From assembly GCA_020891255.1 (NCBI GenBank), contig BQFW01000013.1:310001-374000 (forward strand): a stretch of DNA of 64,000 bases, in the 5' to 3' direction. Within the stretch, counting starts at the first letter, position 1. Every line of letters begins with the position of its first letter. The stretch is from Entomortierella parvispora E1425 (taxonomy: Eukaryota > Fungi > Mortierellomycota). Below the pieces are notes generated by a model. That model ran no database searches. It was not told the origin of the DNA and worked only from the letters and a program-made list of their open reading frames with translations. The position numbers were made by a program, and so were the translations under genes. This document shows positions 24,795 through 38,323 of this stretch, piece by piece.

Positions 24795-27700
24795 CTACAT
24801 GGAGTTGCGACGCGAGCCGCGAGGATTCTGGGATGCATTGACTGGACTTGAAAAGGTGAGTGCTGTCGTCCTGTTAGCAAGAGGTGAGGAAGATCCGACC
24901 TTGGTTACTGTTGATGCCGATGACCCCCATTCCGACAAGGTCGTCGAGGAAGAAGTCGTCGAAGCCAAGCCAAGGGGTGAACCAGATTCAAAAACACCCC
25001 AGTGAGACAACGGCCTCTCTCGTTTATCCCCGCTCACATTTGTTCTTGGAACGACGGCCGCCACAGGTTGAGCCGTGTACTTGGCATTCGACACTCGACG
25101 GATACGTCCTTGGGTTCCAGATTCCTTTCTACGGCGTCGGGGCCCAACCAAGTTTGTCGTTCGCAACAGTCCGCCTGAAACAGTCATGGGTGACTGAGGT
25201 GCAGCATTGGCGATTGCACTGAGTGGTTGGCGTTCTGGTGAACCCGTTCTTCCCGAATCCAAAGATGGTGAGCTATCCCTTCTTCCTCGCGAAGAACCAT
25301 GTTTTTTTCTTGAAGACCGAATAGTTCTGGTAAAAGCAATATTCTGATCCAGATAGAGAGGATCCGTATCCAAACCAGATTCTTGTCCAAGTTCCTCCAC
25401 AATGAATGCCTGTCCTGAAGGACGTCGATCCTCAATGGAGCTGGTTCTCGATCCCTGACCTTCGCCCATAGCGATGGCGTCTCTTACTTGGTCCACAATC
25501 CTCACTACCTGTTGACCGGCAGTCTCAGCCAGCCAGGGGTCCAACATCAAGGTACCAATGACGAACAGCACCGTCCAGTACAAAAGGTGGATGAGGTAAA
25601 GTCCAGTCATGATGAAAGTTTTTGCCTTGACGACAGCGTCGGGAGACAGTTCGCCGTTGCTTCTGAATAGCGACTCAAGTTCACGGCCAGAAGCCGAAAG
25701 GGCAGTCGTCCAGGCAGGAGAAGGAGAGGCTCTGACAGAGTTTCGAGAGTCCTTGGGCGTAAACGCGGGGCTGGATTGGAAGGATGAAAAGCGAGATTCC
25801 GACGAGCTGGCCTCCACAAAGGCTCCCTCCCGGGGATCATATCCAAATCCAGTGCCTTCGTTGACTACCTCCAACGTGGGCTCAGACTCTCGGGACAGAT
25901 CTATGACTCTACTGGCTAGGGGCGCCAGCGCCAGAGCAGAATCTTGACTTGTCATGGCATGATGTGTCAACTGAACAAAGGGCAATACCAGAGCTCTCGT
26001 CAACAACCGACACTGGGCTGCAAAGTCTTCTAGTTCCGGCGGCGCAGCGGAGGCGCTTCCTCGTCTAGAATGGTCGGCTGAAGTAGGACCACATGTAGGG
26101 AGAGAGGAGCCAAGTTCACTCCTGGATTCCGATGCAACATGTTCGTGGAGAGTTGTCCGTTTATCCTTGCGGGGTCCCTCCATAATATCACTGTCGAGAA
26201 GCACCCGCTCCAGCTCCTCATCGCGCTCAGATTTGCCGAGTCCTAATTTGCCACCAAGTGCTGCAATCTTTTCCAGTTCTTGAAAGTATCGAGAGAAATC
26301 TTTGCTTCCAAAGAGAGTTGAGCTGATGGATCGGCTCTCTTGTGCTGGTTTGTCCTTGTCGTCAGAGTCACTAGTGGCGCCTTTCCCATGGTTCTTGGCG
26401 CCAGAGTGATGAGCGGCGGACGATGAGGAGGCTAGAACCTTTCCAACACTGACAGCTACTTGCTTTAGGTTTCTTGACAAATCCAAAAGATGGTTTTGGC
26501 TTGACAAAAACTCGCGACGGGAAAAAGGAAGCTGTGGTTGTTGTTGTGGAAGCGGCTGCTGCGGTTGCTGCTGCGGTCGCTGCTGCGGTTTGCTGCCTCC
26601 TTCGAGCGATGCTGCTGGTGCTTCATCCTCGTTGGTAGCGGGGACATTGTTGGTGGCTGCGTACGAGAGGTCGATGCTCTCCAGTTGCTCCTTTTGGAAT
26701 CGAAGGGTTTTCTGAAGTTTGATCTGCATCAGGTTCTGGTGGGTTGCCACTGCTACAAGGTCCCTTGTCAACCCATCGATTGTCTCCACCGTGCGGCTCA
26801 GTTCTGAGTCTGACCCCTGCAGGACTTGCTGGACTTCCGCATCAGCTACTGCACTTGGATCCTGAGCTTGCTGAGTCCATGAAGCACTAGAGAGGGGTCT
26901 GGAGCTGCTTGTTGATCGCACAGACTCGACTGGACTTGAAGGTGCTTCCATAACCGAATTATAATCCATCGATTTGCTGATAGAGATGGGTCGACGGGCA
27001 GACCTCGAAGGGGCCGGTGGCATGGCCAAGGGAACATGGATGGATCGGGGCCTCCTTCCAGGGCTTCTCTCTCTGCGCAGTTCCGCCTCCAGACTCGACT
27101 GAGGCTCTCCTGTGGGCGATCCCAGTGCCGACTCGAGTGACTTTTGTTCTGTATTTTGGAGCTCCAGAAACAAGCTTGAATGTCTGTTGGCATTCTTGCT
27201 TGGTCGCCGACGGAGACCCACCCTTGGTTGAGCAATGACGTGTGGATCCAGTCCGAAATCGCCTGTTGCCTCCACTTGGTGCATAGAATCCGGTGCTGGT
27301 CCGCGGAGGCGTCTCAGAAACTCTGCTCTTTCCAAGGCCTCCTTGCTTAAAGTCGAGTTTCTCGCATCCCCAGTTTGGCTGCCGTTGCTATCTCTCTCAA
27401 GTGCATCGAGCTCACTGCTGCTATCCTCACTGGAATCTGATTCGCTGAGAGGCACAAACTGTGGAACGGGTATATTGGAAGGTTGTTGAGATCCGTCAGG
27501 AGTGGTGGACACTGCAGTGGATGCATCCGTGATGAGGCCGGTCAAGAGTGAGCATATCCGATCAAAAGACTCATTCGATTCTGCCTCTTGGCGACTGCCT
27601 TGTCCATCCTCGTTGTTAGGTCCGTCGAGTTGTCGGAGAGAGAGACGCGATCGCTTCTTGAATTTTTTGCGGTATGATGAGTTGGAGGATGAAGGTCGGG

Positions 27701-29110
27701 ATGACATCTCGTCGTGTTCTTGGGTATATTGTCGATCGGTTTGGGAAAATGAGGAGAAGGATGCAGACGAGGAATTTCGGAGGTGGCCCTTGGGAAACAC
27801 TGTGGACGAGGTCATTGACAAAGGAGGGGTCCTGGAGGTGGGGGGTGGCGCCTCTGTAGGCAGAAAAGAGCGAGTTGCAACGGAAAGCAATGACAACGGG
27901 TCAGGTGTCTGGCCCCGCTGAGCTAGGGTCACGGCTGCATCAGCTATCCTGGTTCCTTGCGGTGCCTTGGTTGCAATGACATCCTCAGCAAGATTCTATA
28001 ATGACGATTGAGGTAATCACCGTTGTCTTGTTGGTCAGGCCCATGTTTTTTTTTCCACAAATAAGCTGTCGCATGTCGCAGCTGTCTTTGGTAGTAACGT
28101 ACCTTCATCATCTGTGCCTTCAGCAGAACCTGCTGTTCCTCGGGAGTCATGTTGTCCTTTTTCGGTGTGACTCGGTCAATGACACTTTGTATTCTACAGG
28201 GGAGGAGTACGTCAGTAGGTCTGTTCATGTTGGACGAACGAGATGACATGTCCGCTTTTCTCAAAAGACATGGATCCGAATGCTTACTCGTCCAGCTGGG
28301 TCCTGAGGTCACCCATCACAAAGGTCTGGTCGTTCATGATTCCATGCAAGGAGGAGAGTAATCCTTGAAGGTGCTCCATCTATCAGGTGTATGTCCCATG
28401 GGGTGCCAAAGAATTAGCTTATCGGTGCCGCAAATAACCTCATTTTCTGAAGACACTGCTGCCTCCTTCATTCCTTCCCGTCCCTGGTCTTGGTCTCTGA
28501 CGTGCATGATTCCTTTGTGGCCATCCAGCCCGCCACTCCATCTATCTCGGATCTCGCTTAGGCAACAGACAAAATCAAGGGGAGCCAGGAACAAACCAGA
28601 CCAAGAACGATTCCCGGGAATACCCTGGCAGGAAGCTACCTTGCCCACAGCAGAGGGAGCACGCGGACATGCGCGCGCACGCACAAATCCCGCTCCGATT
28701 TCGACGCGTCCTGTCTTGGTGCCTTTTCGATGGGCGTTTCCCGTCTCTTTGCGCTTGTGCCTTGTTCTCCTTGTGTGGGGGGGACTTACTTTGGCTGGCA
28801 AGGGGGTGTAGGACGAAAAGTACTTTGCAGAGGCAACACTCAGTTCATCGAGACTGGTGGCATAGGGCGGGTACGGTGGTGGAGGCGAGGAAGGCGTGGA
28901 CACAGAGCCAGTGGAGGAACCGTCCAGGGACAGGTGGCTTTTGCGAATATGGTCGCGCTGTTGGGTATCGATCGCCCGTAGCGGGGGAACCATGCGCGTG
29001 GGGGCCGAGGATGTTTTGTGATCAGTTGGTCGTTGAACCTTGACTTTGGAGGAATCGGTGGTGATGGAGGCAAGGTCAGTGTGTTTTGGGTCCTGAACAG
29101 CTGTTGCCAT
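24795..29110 (-). CDS. Large hypothetical protein, mostly disordered, with one predicted transmembrane segment
   Basis: The 1045-codon terminal ORF (24795-27932) extends upstream in frame to an acceptor at about 27996. It joins in phase to the exon ending ...LLKAQMMK|gtacgt. First exon probably MATAVQDPK (29110); middle exons unresolved. Hydrophobic segment FIMTGLYLIHLLYWTVLFVIGTLML. Confidence 0.72.
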
Positions 29111-30695
29111 CGAAAGAAACTGAAGGGAGGCGAGGCAGAGTGAGTGAGAGAGGGAGAAGGGTGAGGAAAGAGAATGAAGAGACGAAATGGATGGGTCTAA
29201 TGTGAATTGTGGGGTTGGATGCAAAGTGTCTGTGTGGAAGAGATGAGGGCTATTTGAGAGCCAAGGAATGGATGCGAGAGGGAACGAGGTTGAGAGGAGC
29301 GAGAGCAAATGTGTCTAGAGGAGGAGGGGTATCGTCATGGTTCGTTTATGAAGGAGAATGAGAAGAGAAGGAGGAAGAAGTGAAGAGAAGGAGAAAAGGA
29401 GAAAAGAGAGGAGGAAGTAAGAGAGTGAAGAGAGAGAACGAAGGAAGGAAGGAAGGAAGGAAAGAGAAAGAAGAAAAGAAACCTGATGGAAAAGAGACAC
29501 AGGGCAAAAGAGCAAGCATATGCGATTCGGCAATGGTGTGTGCTCTCTGTGTCCTCTGTCTCTTGCACGAGCAGACCCATGCACGCACGCACGCATGCAA
29601 ACAACTCCCTCCCTCTGTCCCCCTGCAAGTTAGCACTCTCCACTCACATCGACAGTTCCTGCTTGTTCCCCCCCTGCCCTGGCCCTGCCTGACCCTGTCC
29701 TCGAGCAAGGACGCACCCTGGCCAGCCCATCGATCGTCAATCCTCGCACCAGAACAACGAAAAAAAGAGCAGAAAAGGAGATGAGATGAGATGGCTCGTC
29801 CGTGGCAAGTGCATACAAACAACGAACACATGCTTGGAACCCCATCCACCCCATCCACCTCACCCACCTCACCCGCCTTCGCTCTGCCGCCAACGGTATT
29901 CTATGGTGACAAAAAGTATGTCTCTTTTGCCTCTCCTTCCCCCGAGGAGAGGGAAGGGAACAAAAACGAAAAAAAAAAAAAAAAAAAAAAATGGGCGTGC
30001 TGCACCATGAGAAAATAGCATGCGAACCATCCGAGCCTTGGTCGCATTGATGATCCCGTTTGTGTGTTTGCTGGCTGCAGGACCACAACTTTGGAGCTTG
30101 GACCTCTTAACCGCGCATGCCGGGACAGCCGTTCCTTGCTTTGCTGCACGCTTTATCAGATAGCCCACCCGCCTCTCCCTCCCCTTCTTCCTTTGTTAGT
30201 CCCCCCACATGAAGAAGCCGCCCATGACCCAATGCATAGGATCGACCGTCCGACCGCCCTTCCCAACGACCTCTTCCCGCCTGTTAGTCCGCACGTGTGA
30301 TTGCCACAATAACCCTGGCTCAGCACAAAGTTGCTCTTGCCCAAACGTCGTCTCCATTCAAAAACAAAAACTCGATCATCCTGTCTGCTCTCAAAAATCT
30401 CTCTTTCCTTCGGTTCTCATCGTCATCCGCTGTCCAAGGGTTCGGTCTTTGCTCTCCCTTTCTCAGTAAGCACATGTGGCATATTAAACAGCAGCACGCG
30501 CGAGCACGCGCGCAGCTCAGACCCTCTCCCTCAAATCCCCCCAAAGGCGCATGGGCTTTCTGCATTATCTAAAAAAAAAAGAAAAAAGTCCGCATTCGGG
30601 GACCACAACAAGCATCCATGACCCTGTCAAACATAGGGTGAGAGGACGACATGCCCAGCAAATTGGTTTTTATTGATAAATTAATGGCTAGTCCA

Positions 30696-33600
30696 TTAGA
30701 ATGCATCGAGATCGCCGACTTCCAAGCACAAGATATCGTCCTCCTCGTCCCCAGTTGACAGCCTTGGCCGGCTCGCGTCTGCTGGGGGACATGTCTGTGG
30801 CCTGGACACGGTACTTGCTGGTCCTTGGGCATTCACAGACGAGACTGTACCTCCGACTGCTGGCATCTGCGAGAATCCCTCGACGTACAGATCCTCGACT
30901 CTTTGAGATTCAGACGCTGTTGATGTGGTAGGATAGTTCAATTGGTGGGAAGACGAGTGGTCGTCTTCGTCCTCATCCATCTCCCAGATAACCTCCTCTG
31001 TCTTCTCTGGGCCCTTGGTATCTTGTTCCTCGGCATTCATCCCCCTACCGTACTGAGTTTCGTGAAGCATGGACTCTACTTTCACGGAACTGGAACCGAC
31101 CCAGGAGGAAGTCGATATTGTGGGTGTCCCCGGATCCAGTCGATCATCCTGGAAGTTTCGGATGGTCTGTGCAATGGGCTCGCTCTCTCCATTGTCACGG
31201 CGGTTCATTGTCAGTTCATTCAATCGAAGGGCTTCTGTCGCTGCTGACTCCGCTGAGACCTCCAGGTTATACTTTGGTTGTAGTGCTCTCGGGGTTTCTA
31301 CTTCCTCCGGTTTGGCTTGATCATGAATGCGCGCAGCTGTATTATAAGCAACCGCCAAAGCAGGGGATGCCTGGCCATATCGAGGGTCGACAAAGTGTGG
31401 AGGAAGATTCACCCGACCATACCTCTGAACTTCAGCACCATATAGAGCAGTGCTTACTGAGTTTGCTGGGCCATGCCTCTGGTCCTCAATACGGTCGGAC
31501 CCTGTTACGTCTGTACCATGATCTCCTTTGGGTATATAAGGTGAGCGCGTCTTATGAATTGGTGGTCCTGCCGATTTACCACTCAAAGTACGTGCTCGAG
31601 AATTCATCGGTTCGTCCTCGCTATCACTACCGTCGTCATCTGTCGCATACAGAGCATACGATCGAGGCACAACCTTGGGTGCCGACTGTCCTGATATAGA
31701 AGCGGTCGGCTTTGAACCAGACCTATAATAAAAGGCATCCTCCTCTTCATCATGGCCATGGTCATCATCTTCATGGCTATACGCATCCATTTCCTCCTCA
31801 TCCTCATCCTCTTCCTCCTCGCCGTCCTCATCCTCAGATTCTTGCAGGCGAGATTCGGACACCACCTTAGGCAGAGGTTGAAGCGATAGCAATCTTCGAA
31901 CAAACGCGTGTCCGTGCATTATTCCATCAGGCTCCGCTATCGAAAAAAAAGGTGTTTGATCGTCAGAAGAACTGCCGTAAGACACACGAAACTTCTGCGG
32001 TAAATGATATTCCGAGCTATCCCACTTACGACCACAATGATCATTGATAATTGATCCCCAGAGCCTGTTAGTACTTAGCAGTTGAGTGTTGCCGACGATG
32101 AAAAGATGCCTGTGGGAAGCAAGTTTGCTCAAAGTCAGCTACGGTAATTATCAGCCAAGAGACTCTCATCCAGCAATGACCAGTACTCTATCTCTACCTT
32201 TTGCTACGAGTCAACGCGACATTAACTCGCTGATGGTTATCCGTGAATCCAATACTGTCTGTCCTGACAGTTGAGACAATGATAATGTCTTTTTCTGAAC
32301 CCTGTGCAAGATAATGGGTGGACTGGTTAATTAACAAGGCAATGCAGGAGAAGGAGTCTCCAGTGTATTCTCCACTTACCTGAAACGCATCTACAGTGGA
32401 AATTTGAACTGCTCCTTTGTATCCTGTGCTCTTCAGCGATTCGCTCAGCTCTTGTTGGATGCTGTCCGCTTGCGATTTGTCTATGATAGAGTCACCATTA
32501 GAGGCCAGAACTTGATGACAAGGAGTTGCAACACCAAAGCCCATATGACTTGACTTACATAAAGAGATAACTCCAATGCTAGTGCCGGGTACATTGAGAA
32601 CTAGCAGCCGTTGGACTAACTTTACCACCAACTTAATTTCTGCCGGATTTGTGAATGATTTGGTCTTGACGTTTTGAATCTCCTGTCCCATATTATCGAT
32701 GAACGTCAAGGTTGGGAGACCTTCGATCAGTGGCGCTCGGTCTAATAGACTTGTGCCAGTCGTCAAATTATTAGAGTAGAATAGTGTGTTGCTGATGTTT
32801 GCGATCCTTTGGTGGCAGCGGTATTGTGTTTTGAGCATGAGGGGCTGAAGAAGAAAGCCGATGCAAACCGAACCTGTTAATCACTGGCATTCAAGACGCG
32901 TTTGTTTGTGCAGAATTTGAATTCAAGTCATACCTTAATCCCCATCTGTGACAGATTTCAAGTAACAAAAACAGCTGTTAGGTCTTTCTGCTATAACTTT
33001 TGTCAGTATCCTTTGATCTGATTCGGTCGCGTGTACCTCGATCGATCTGTCAAACAATGTTCTTGAAAGTCCTTTGTTGGCGGTGGTAGTGTCGCTATTG
33101 GTATTAAGTGGTGGCGAAAGCTGTAGTGGATCGCCCACCAAGATCAACTTTTCGCCAGCGGCGCGGCAGATAGGAATGAGGGACATGGGCTCTAGAAGTT
33201 GACTGAGGATGGCAGTTCGGGCTCAATGAGTTTCCTGCAAGACTCTGACATTAGAGGGAATTTAGGTCTTACCTAGCTTCGTCCAAGATGACAATAGGGA
33301 ATGTGGTGTCATCCAGAACCTCGAAAGTAGATGCATTGCAAGTTGCGCCTATAAGAGCGGAAGTTAGCAACGGTCATTCATATTTAATATATATATTTCA
33401 TCCGTACGACAGCTTACCGACAACATCCGCCCCTTCGACAATGCCTCTGTTCTGATGTTTCGTAAATCTCTTCATAGCCTCTTTCACATATCGGCGCTCC
33501 GCAATTGATATGCTGTCATCATCGAGAATCGACTGTAGTTCCTTGATATCTACTTGGGAAGACATACAACTTGTCAGAAAGCTAGAATCACTAGTCTAGT

Positions 33601-36458
33601 GGTTTCATGAAAGATGTGTGCATGCATATTTACCTTCTCCCCTGCCGGTATTGGACTGGGCTGTAAAAGGAAGAACTCGCTTCGCCACTTTTTTAAGACT
33701 CCCTACGCGGACGAAATTGGTATAGTTTAAATCTAACAGAGCCTGAAAGAGAATACCACATTAGCCCCAGGTGCATCGCTATTGACTCCTAAGCTCTATT
33801 CAGTTTATCTTACCATCAAGATGCGATCGACCGCCACGTTCTAATACAAAAAACCCAACAACCCAGTCAGTATTCGGTCTAGGTCAACCAAAGTATCTGA
33901 TCAATTGAACCTACCGTCATTGACGTGACAAGGAACCTGCACGATCGCTCTTCACGAGGGAGTGGACGTGCTTTGTTCAAGATGGTATTCACAAAAACGA
34001 TCAGGACAGCGATCAGAAAACTAAGTGCAAAAAACTTGTGTCAGTTGCATGCTCAAAGTCTACACGAGGAAGCGCACAATGATGAACGAATCGTACCTCT
34101 TTCCTGCGCCAAAGACACCTAATTTGTGGCCAAAATAGTGTAAGAATCTGACCTTCAGGTGATGAGCAAATATCCGAACATCAACGCAATCCTTTACCAT
34201 GAACCAATAGAATGGGGGGTGGATCTGATTTGTCACCCCATCCTGGGGCTCTGATAACCGTCAATGCAAAGTTCCGCAAGACAGTTGCCTGTCCCTCGTT
34301 CAGATTGTATTTGCCAACCGTGTCCCTAACCTCCATCTCAACGTCAATGCCGTCATCTTCAGTAAGAACGATACATCCTGACTTTTCAGGAACCCGTGAG
34401 GGCACCTTAAACACCGAAGTCTTTGACGCCTTTACCAGCTCAGAAGGGACATAGTTTAAAATGGTCGGTAATATAGGGGTCCGCATCAGGTTTTCGAGAT
34501 TGTCTATATGTAAAAGGTGGAAAAATTGGCCGTTAGGAGTGCGGACACAATTCATCCAGGGGTTGCAATGTAAGGACTCCCATACTAACCAATCATCATG
34601 AACTCAGACATCCCATTCAGCAGACGGATTGCACAGACGCCGGTAGAGTTTGCAAACATCTCTCTTGCAATGCTAGAGTCTTTTGCCGAAAGACATACTA
34701 CCTGTAAAGGGCACGGTCACGACGTGTAAGAGATTGGATGTATAAGGCACCTAGCAGGTCATCCAGTCCACGACTCTCTAGATCTGAAAATATAAACATA
34801 CCTCTATGTCACTTCCGGACGGCCCATAGAAAACAGATCGTGCAAAGAAAGTTGACGATGATTCGAAACGGGAGGTTTTTGATACTACCCAAAGATCATC
34901 CTTCGAATATCTAGAGATAGCAAACGAAGAAACCAGTTAGATAATTGTGTTGTACCCTCTTGGTGGCAGCACCTAGGTAGCTTACTTTGAGTGGTGCTCC
35001 TTGTTGGTAATGGACAATACTGCTCCTTGTTGTTGTGCAATTTGAACCACTGTGGGCTGTCCTGCTCCTGCCCGGTCGCTTCGGCCACTAAACATAGGAA
35101 ATCCCGAATAAGGGTCGCCCCGCCTCCGTAGTGTCGTTCCGGAGTGCATGTGAATCCCCCGCCCTCGATACAGCGCATCAAACGAGTCTCCCTCCTTCAA
35201 AGTGCTGTTGTTCTTGACGCTCCACATAGACATAGCGATCTCGATCACCAATATTTGTAGGTGCTCATAGATTAGGTACGCCAGACCCTCCTTGTACTGA
35301 CTTGTCGAAGTGAACCTAGAAGGGAGGCTTATGGTACGACGTAAAAGCTGGCTCGAGTTCTTTCCTGAAAAGTTGACGCAGCGGGCTGCATTTGGAAACT
35401 CTAATTGAGTGCTTGGAGGTCGGTGTGGTGAGATTAAAGCCCCTTGACCCTGGATGTTGACGGTGCTAGGTCCTTTCGATAGCCCTACTCTCCTCCGCTT
35501 CGGTGCTGGTGGTGCAGAAGCCGGTTCTCGTGACGGTTGAGCTACGACAGTCGAGGAGACGTTTGCTTGATTATGATTCGACGTTGACCTGGAGCCGTTA
35601 GCATTCAGATCGGATGCAGGCTCGCTGTCATACCCAAAATCTTCATCGAAGGTGAGATCATCATCGTCTAATCCTGAAGCGACCGAGTTGCTCCTATCTG
35701 AAAATGGCGGTCGCCATTTCTTCCTGATAGTCGTTGGCTGTGGCGCTTTTGTCAATGGGTCGTTCCCTGAGAGAGTAGGTGGGCAAACTTTTGAAGTCCG
35801 ATCTGGGATGTTCATTGTTGGCGTTGGTATAGATAATCCAGTTCCAAATGATCGACTTGCTTGTACGACTCCTTGCGGGGGTATTGGTTTGCGAGAGATA
35901 GTCGTCGGTTGGTGCGTCGTCCGATTTGCCAGCTTGAGTTGATCTCCAGAATTGGTGGCGTAGGCCATTGTTAGGTTTTCAATGGTGATCAGATGTCTGT
36001 CCATGTCCAAGTCATCCCCGGCAGCAATCGTAGCGCCTCTGTGAAAAGAGCTACGAGAACAAGGCCATCGGGTTAGTACGGCTGCTGTTGGCTATAGCTT
36101 TCAGGCTCAATGTCATAGTCTTGGGCTTACCTATCCAAGACAACAAATTTGACATCATAAAGAACGACCTAGACAAGCGGATGATGGTAAGCTACGGTCG
36201 TTTCTGACTGTACAGTCTGGTTCAACTCTATGAGCAGTTGATTACCTTGGAATTGTTGTGGAAGTAGCGAATGTGTCCTAATGAGGCAGATTACAATTGA
36301 AAGTGCATGAACATGAATGAATGAGAACGAAAGGATGCGGCAAATGACATGCGGGAATGAAAAAGCTGGTCATTCGTACCGTCCTGCCAGGTCTTTGCCT
36401 TCTTCAGCTTCTGGCTGGTGTAGAGGCAAGTGAACTCTGAGTACGGGTTCGGGTTCAT
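30696..36458 (-). CDS. ZGRF1: ZGRF1-like protein: N-terminal DUF2439 plus DNA2/NAM7 (Upf1-like SF1) helicase and acidic tail
   Basis: N-terminus MNPNPYSEFTCLYTSQKLKKAKTWQDG...GDDLDMDRHLITIE matches DUF2439. Spliced Walker A LLVHGVFGAGKS, Walker B PIVILDEAS, then LVGDPLQLSP, LKTQYRCH, STVDAFQGSEKD and QRVNVALTRSKRHLFIVGN. Confidence 0.85.
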
Positions 36459-36856
36459 GAGCGGGGTGGTGGTCCTTGCGATGAAGATCTCAAGGACGGA
36501 CAGATGTGCCTGTCTGAAGTAGTCGTGGATTGGTGGCAAAACAACAATACGGACGCGCACCTCCGCCCACGCGTCGACCGCTTGTTTTCATTTGCTGGAA
36601 AAGGGGAAACCAGACCACACGGCGTGCGCGGGCCATGGAAGCAGATGGAAGCAGTCCCGGTTGGCTGGGAGTTTGGCTGGCGTGGAGGCTGACTAAGGCA
36701 CCAATGTTTAAAAGCCTGCTCCATTCATCTCATGCATTTTTCTACTCATTTCCATTCCAGCTCCCCCTCCTGTCTTCCTTCTCTCCTACATCTCCTACAA
36801 ACCATACCAGCTGACCTACATACCGACATATACCAAAAAACGCCGAGCCGAGCACC
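36459..36856. promoter_or_regulatory. Putative bidirectional promoter between the ZGRF1-like and UBL-WLM genes
   Basis: 398 bp separate the two divergent start codons. Confidence 0.6.
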
Positions 36857-38035
36857 ATGACTGCCACAATCCCATACGCCTTCAAAGGAAAGAAATACGA
36901 CCTTGATCTCAACTCCATTGCCACAGTCTCACAGCTCTTGAGCGCCATATCGGAGCAGACGCAAGTGCCCGCAACAGCTCTCAAAGTTCTGTTCAAGGGT
37001 AAAGTTCTTCGTTTTGGAGACGATGGCGATTCCAAGTCTCTACAGGAGCAACATCCCGGATTGGGCACAGGCGCAAAGATTCTAGTCCTCGGTACCACGG
37101 AACAAGACCTTGTCAAGGTTCATTCGATTGATGAGCACATCCAGACTAGGAAGAGCTATCGCCCTCCACCATCAGCAAAGGTGACATTTCCTCCCCTTAT
37201 GATCAGTCCCCTTTTTAAATTCGCAACACACAGGTTTGCTGACAAATCAGTCATTTCCTTCAACTAGCGATCTCAACCTGTGCGGAATCTGGATGACGAC
37301 AAATACACCTTTGGGTCTATTCAAGTACTACCACAGTTCCATGAGCAAGACAAAGCCAGAGCGGTGCTGGAAAGGCTAAAAAATGACAGGGGCATTCTCG
37401 GGATTATGAAACTGCACAAGTGGCAAGTTGGATCGCTGATCGAGCTTTCTCCGGCGGAAAAAACGATTTTGGGTTACAACAGAAACAAAGGCGAACTCAT
37501 TGCCCTTCGATTGCGGACAGATGATCTTGAGGGCTTTAGACATTATGATGCAGTGCGGAAAGTGCTTCTGCACGAACTTGCACACAATGTGAGTTGAAGC
37601 ATCGTTTGTCTCATGGTGGAGTCTGTGGTGGAAAATGAATTCTTTGCTAACAAGTGACTACATTGATTCTCGACTTAGGTCTGGAGCGAGCACGACGACA
37701 ACTTTCACTCGTTAAATCGTCTTCTGAATAAGGAAGTCCAGCAGTTGGATTGGACTGCGAATGGAGGGGGACGAGTTTCAAAGGATACATTTTTTGACCC
37801 CGCCAACGGACTCTCGGACTATCATGACGATCTTGAAGATAGCGCTATCGATGCACAGTGGCGCGGAGGCACGTTTGTGCTAGGTGGGGGTGGCAGCAGA
37901 AGTCGACTCGATGGTGAGAACAGCATTCTGACTACTCGGGAATTAGCAGCACGAGCCGCGCAGTTGCGGCAAATAGCTTCAGAAAAAGATGAGGATGGTC
38001 TTTGTGGAGCAAAACAAGCAGATGCAGCAAAGTAA
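36857..38035 (+). CDS. Ubiquitin-like plus WLM-domain zinc metalloprotease (Wss1/Wss2 family)
   Basis: Three exons (introns about 37181-37267 and 37590-37678). N-terminal UBL (TVSQLLSAISEQTQVPATALKVLFKGK); WLM motifs LGYNRNKG, LRLRTDD and the HEXXH site VLLHELAHNV|WSEHDDNF. Confidence 0.92.
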
Positions 38036-38323
38036 AAAAAACAATAAAACAACCTGTGCGCACATGTGCACAACAAACATAACACTGCTATTGCCTGCAA
38101 CCGTGCATGGGTTCATGGTTGCATGGGGAATGTCAAAATAAGATTTTTAGTGGCAACGCGAAATGCGCAAACGGGCGAATGGCATGACAAAAAGGGCGGG
38201 ACGCGCTTTATGGTGCTCTTTGTGGTCCCTTTTTTCCTGTTCTCTCCATCCCTCCTTCCTTCCTAGCTTCCTTCTTCGTTCCCTTTCGGATATTTTTGTT
38301 AACACAAACCACATTGTCACACC

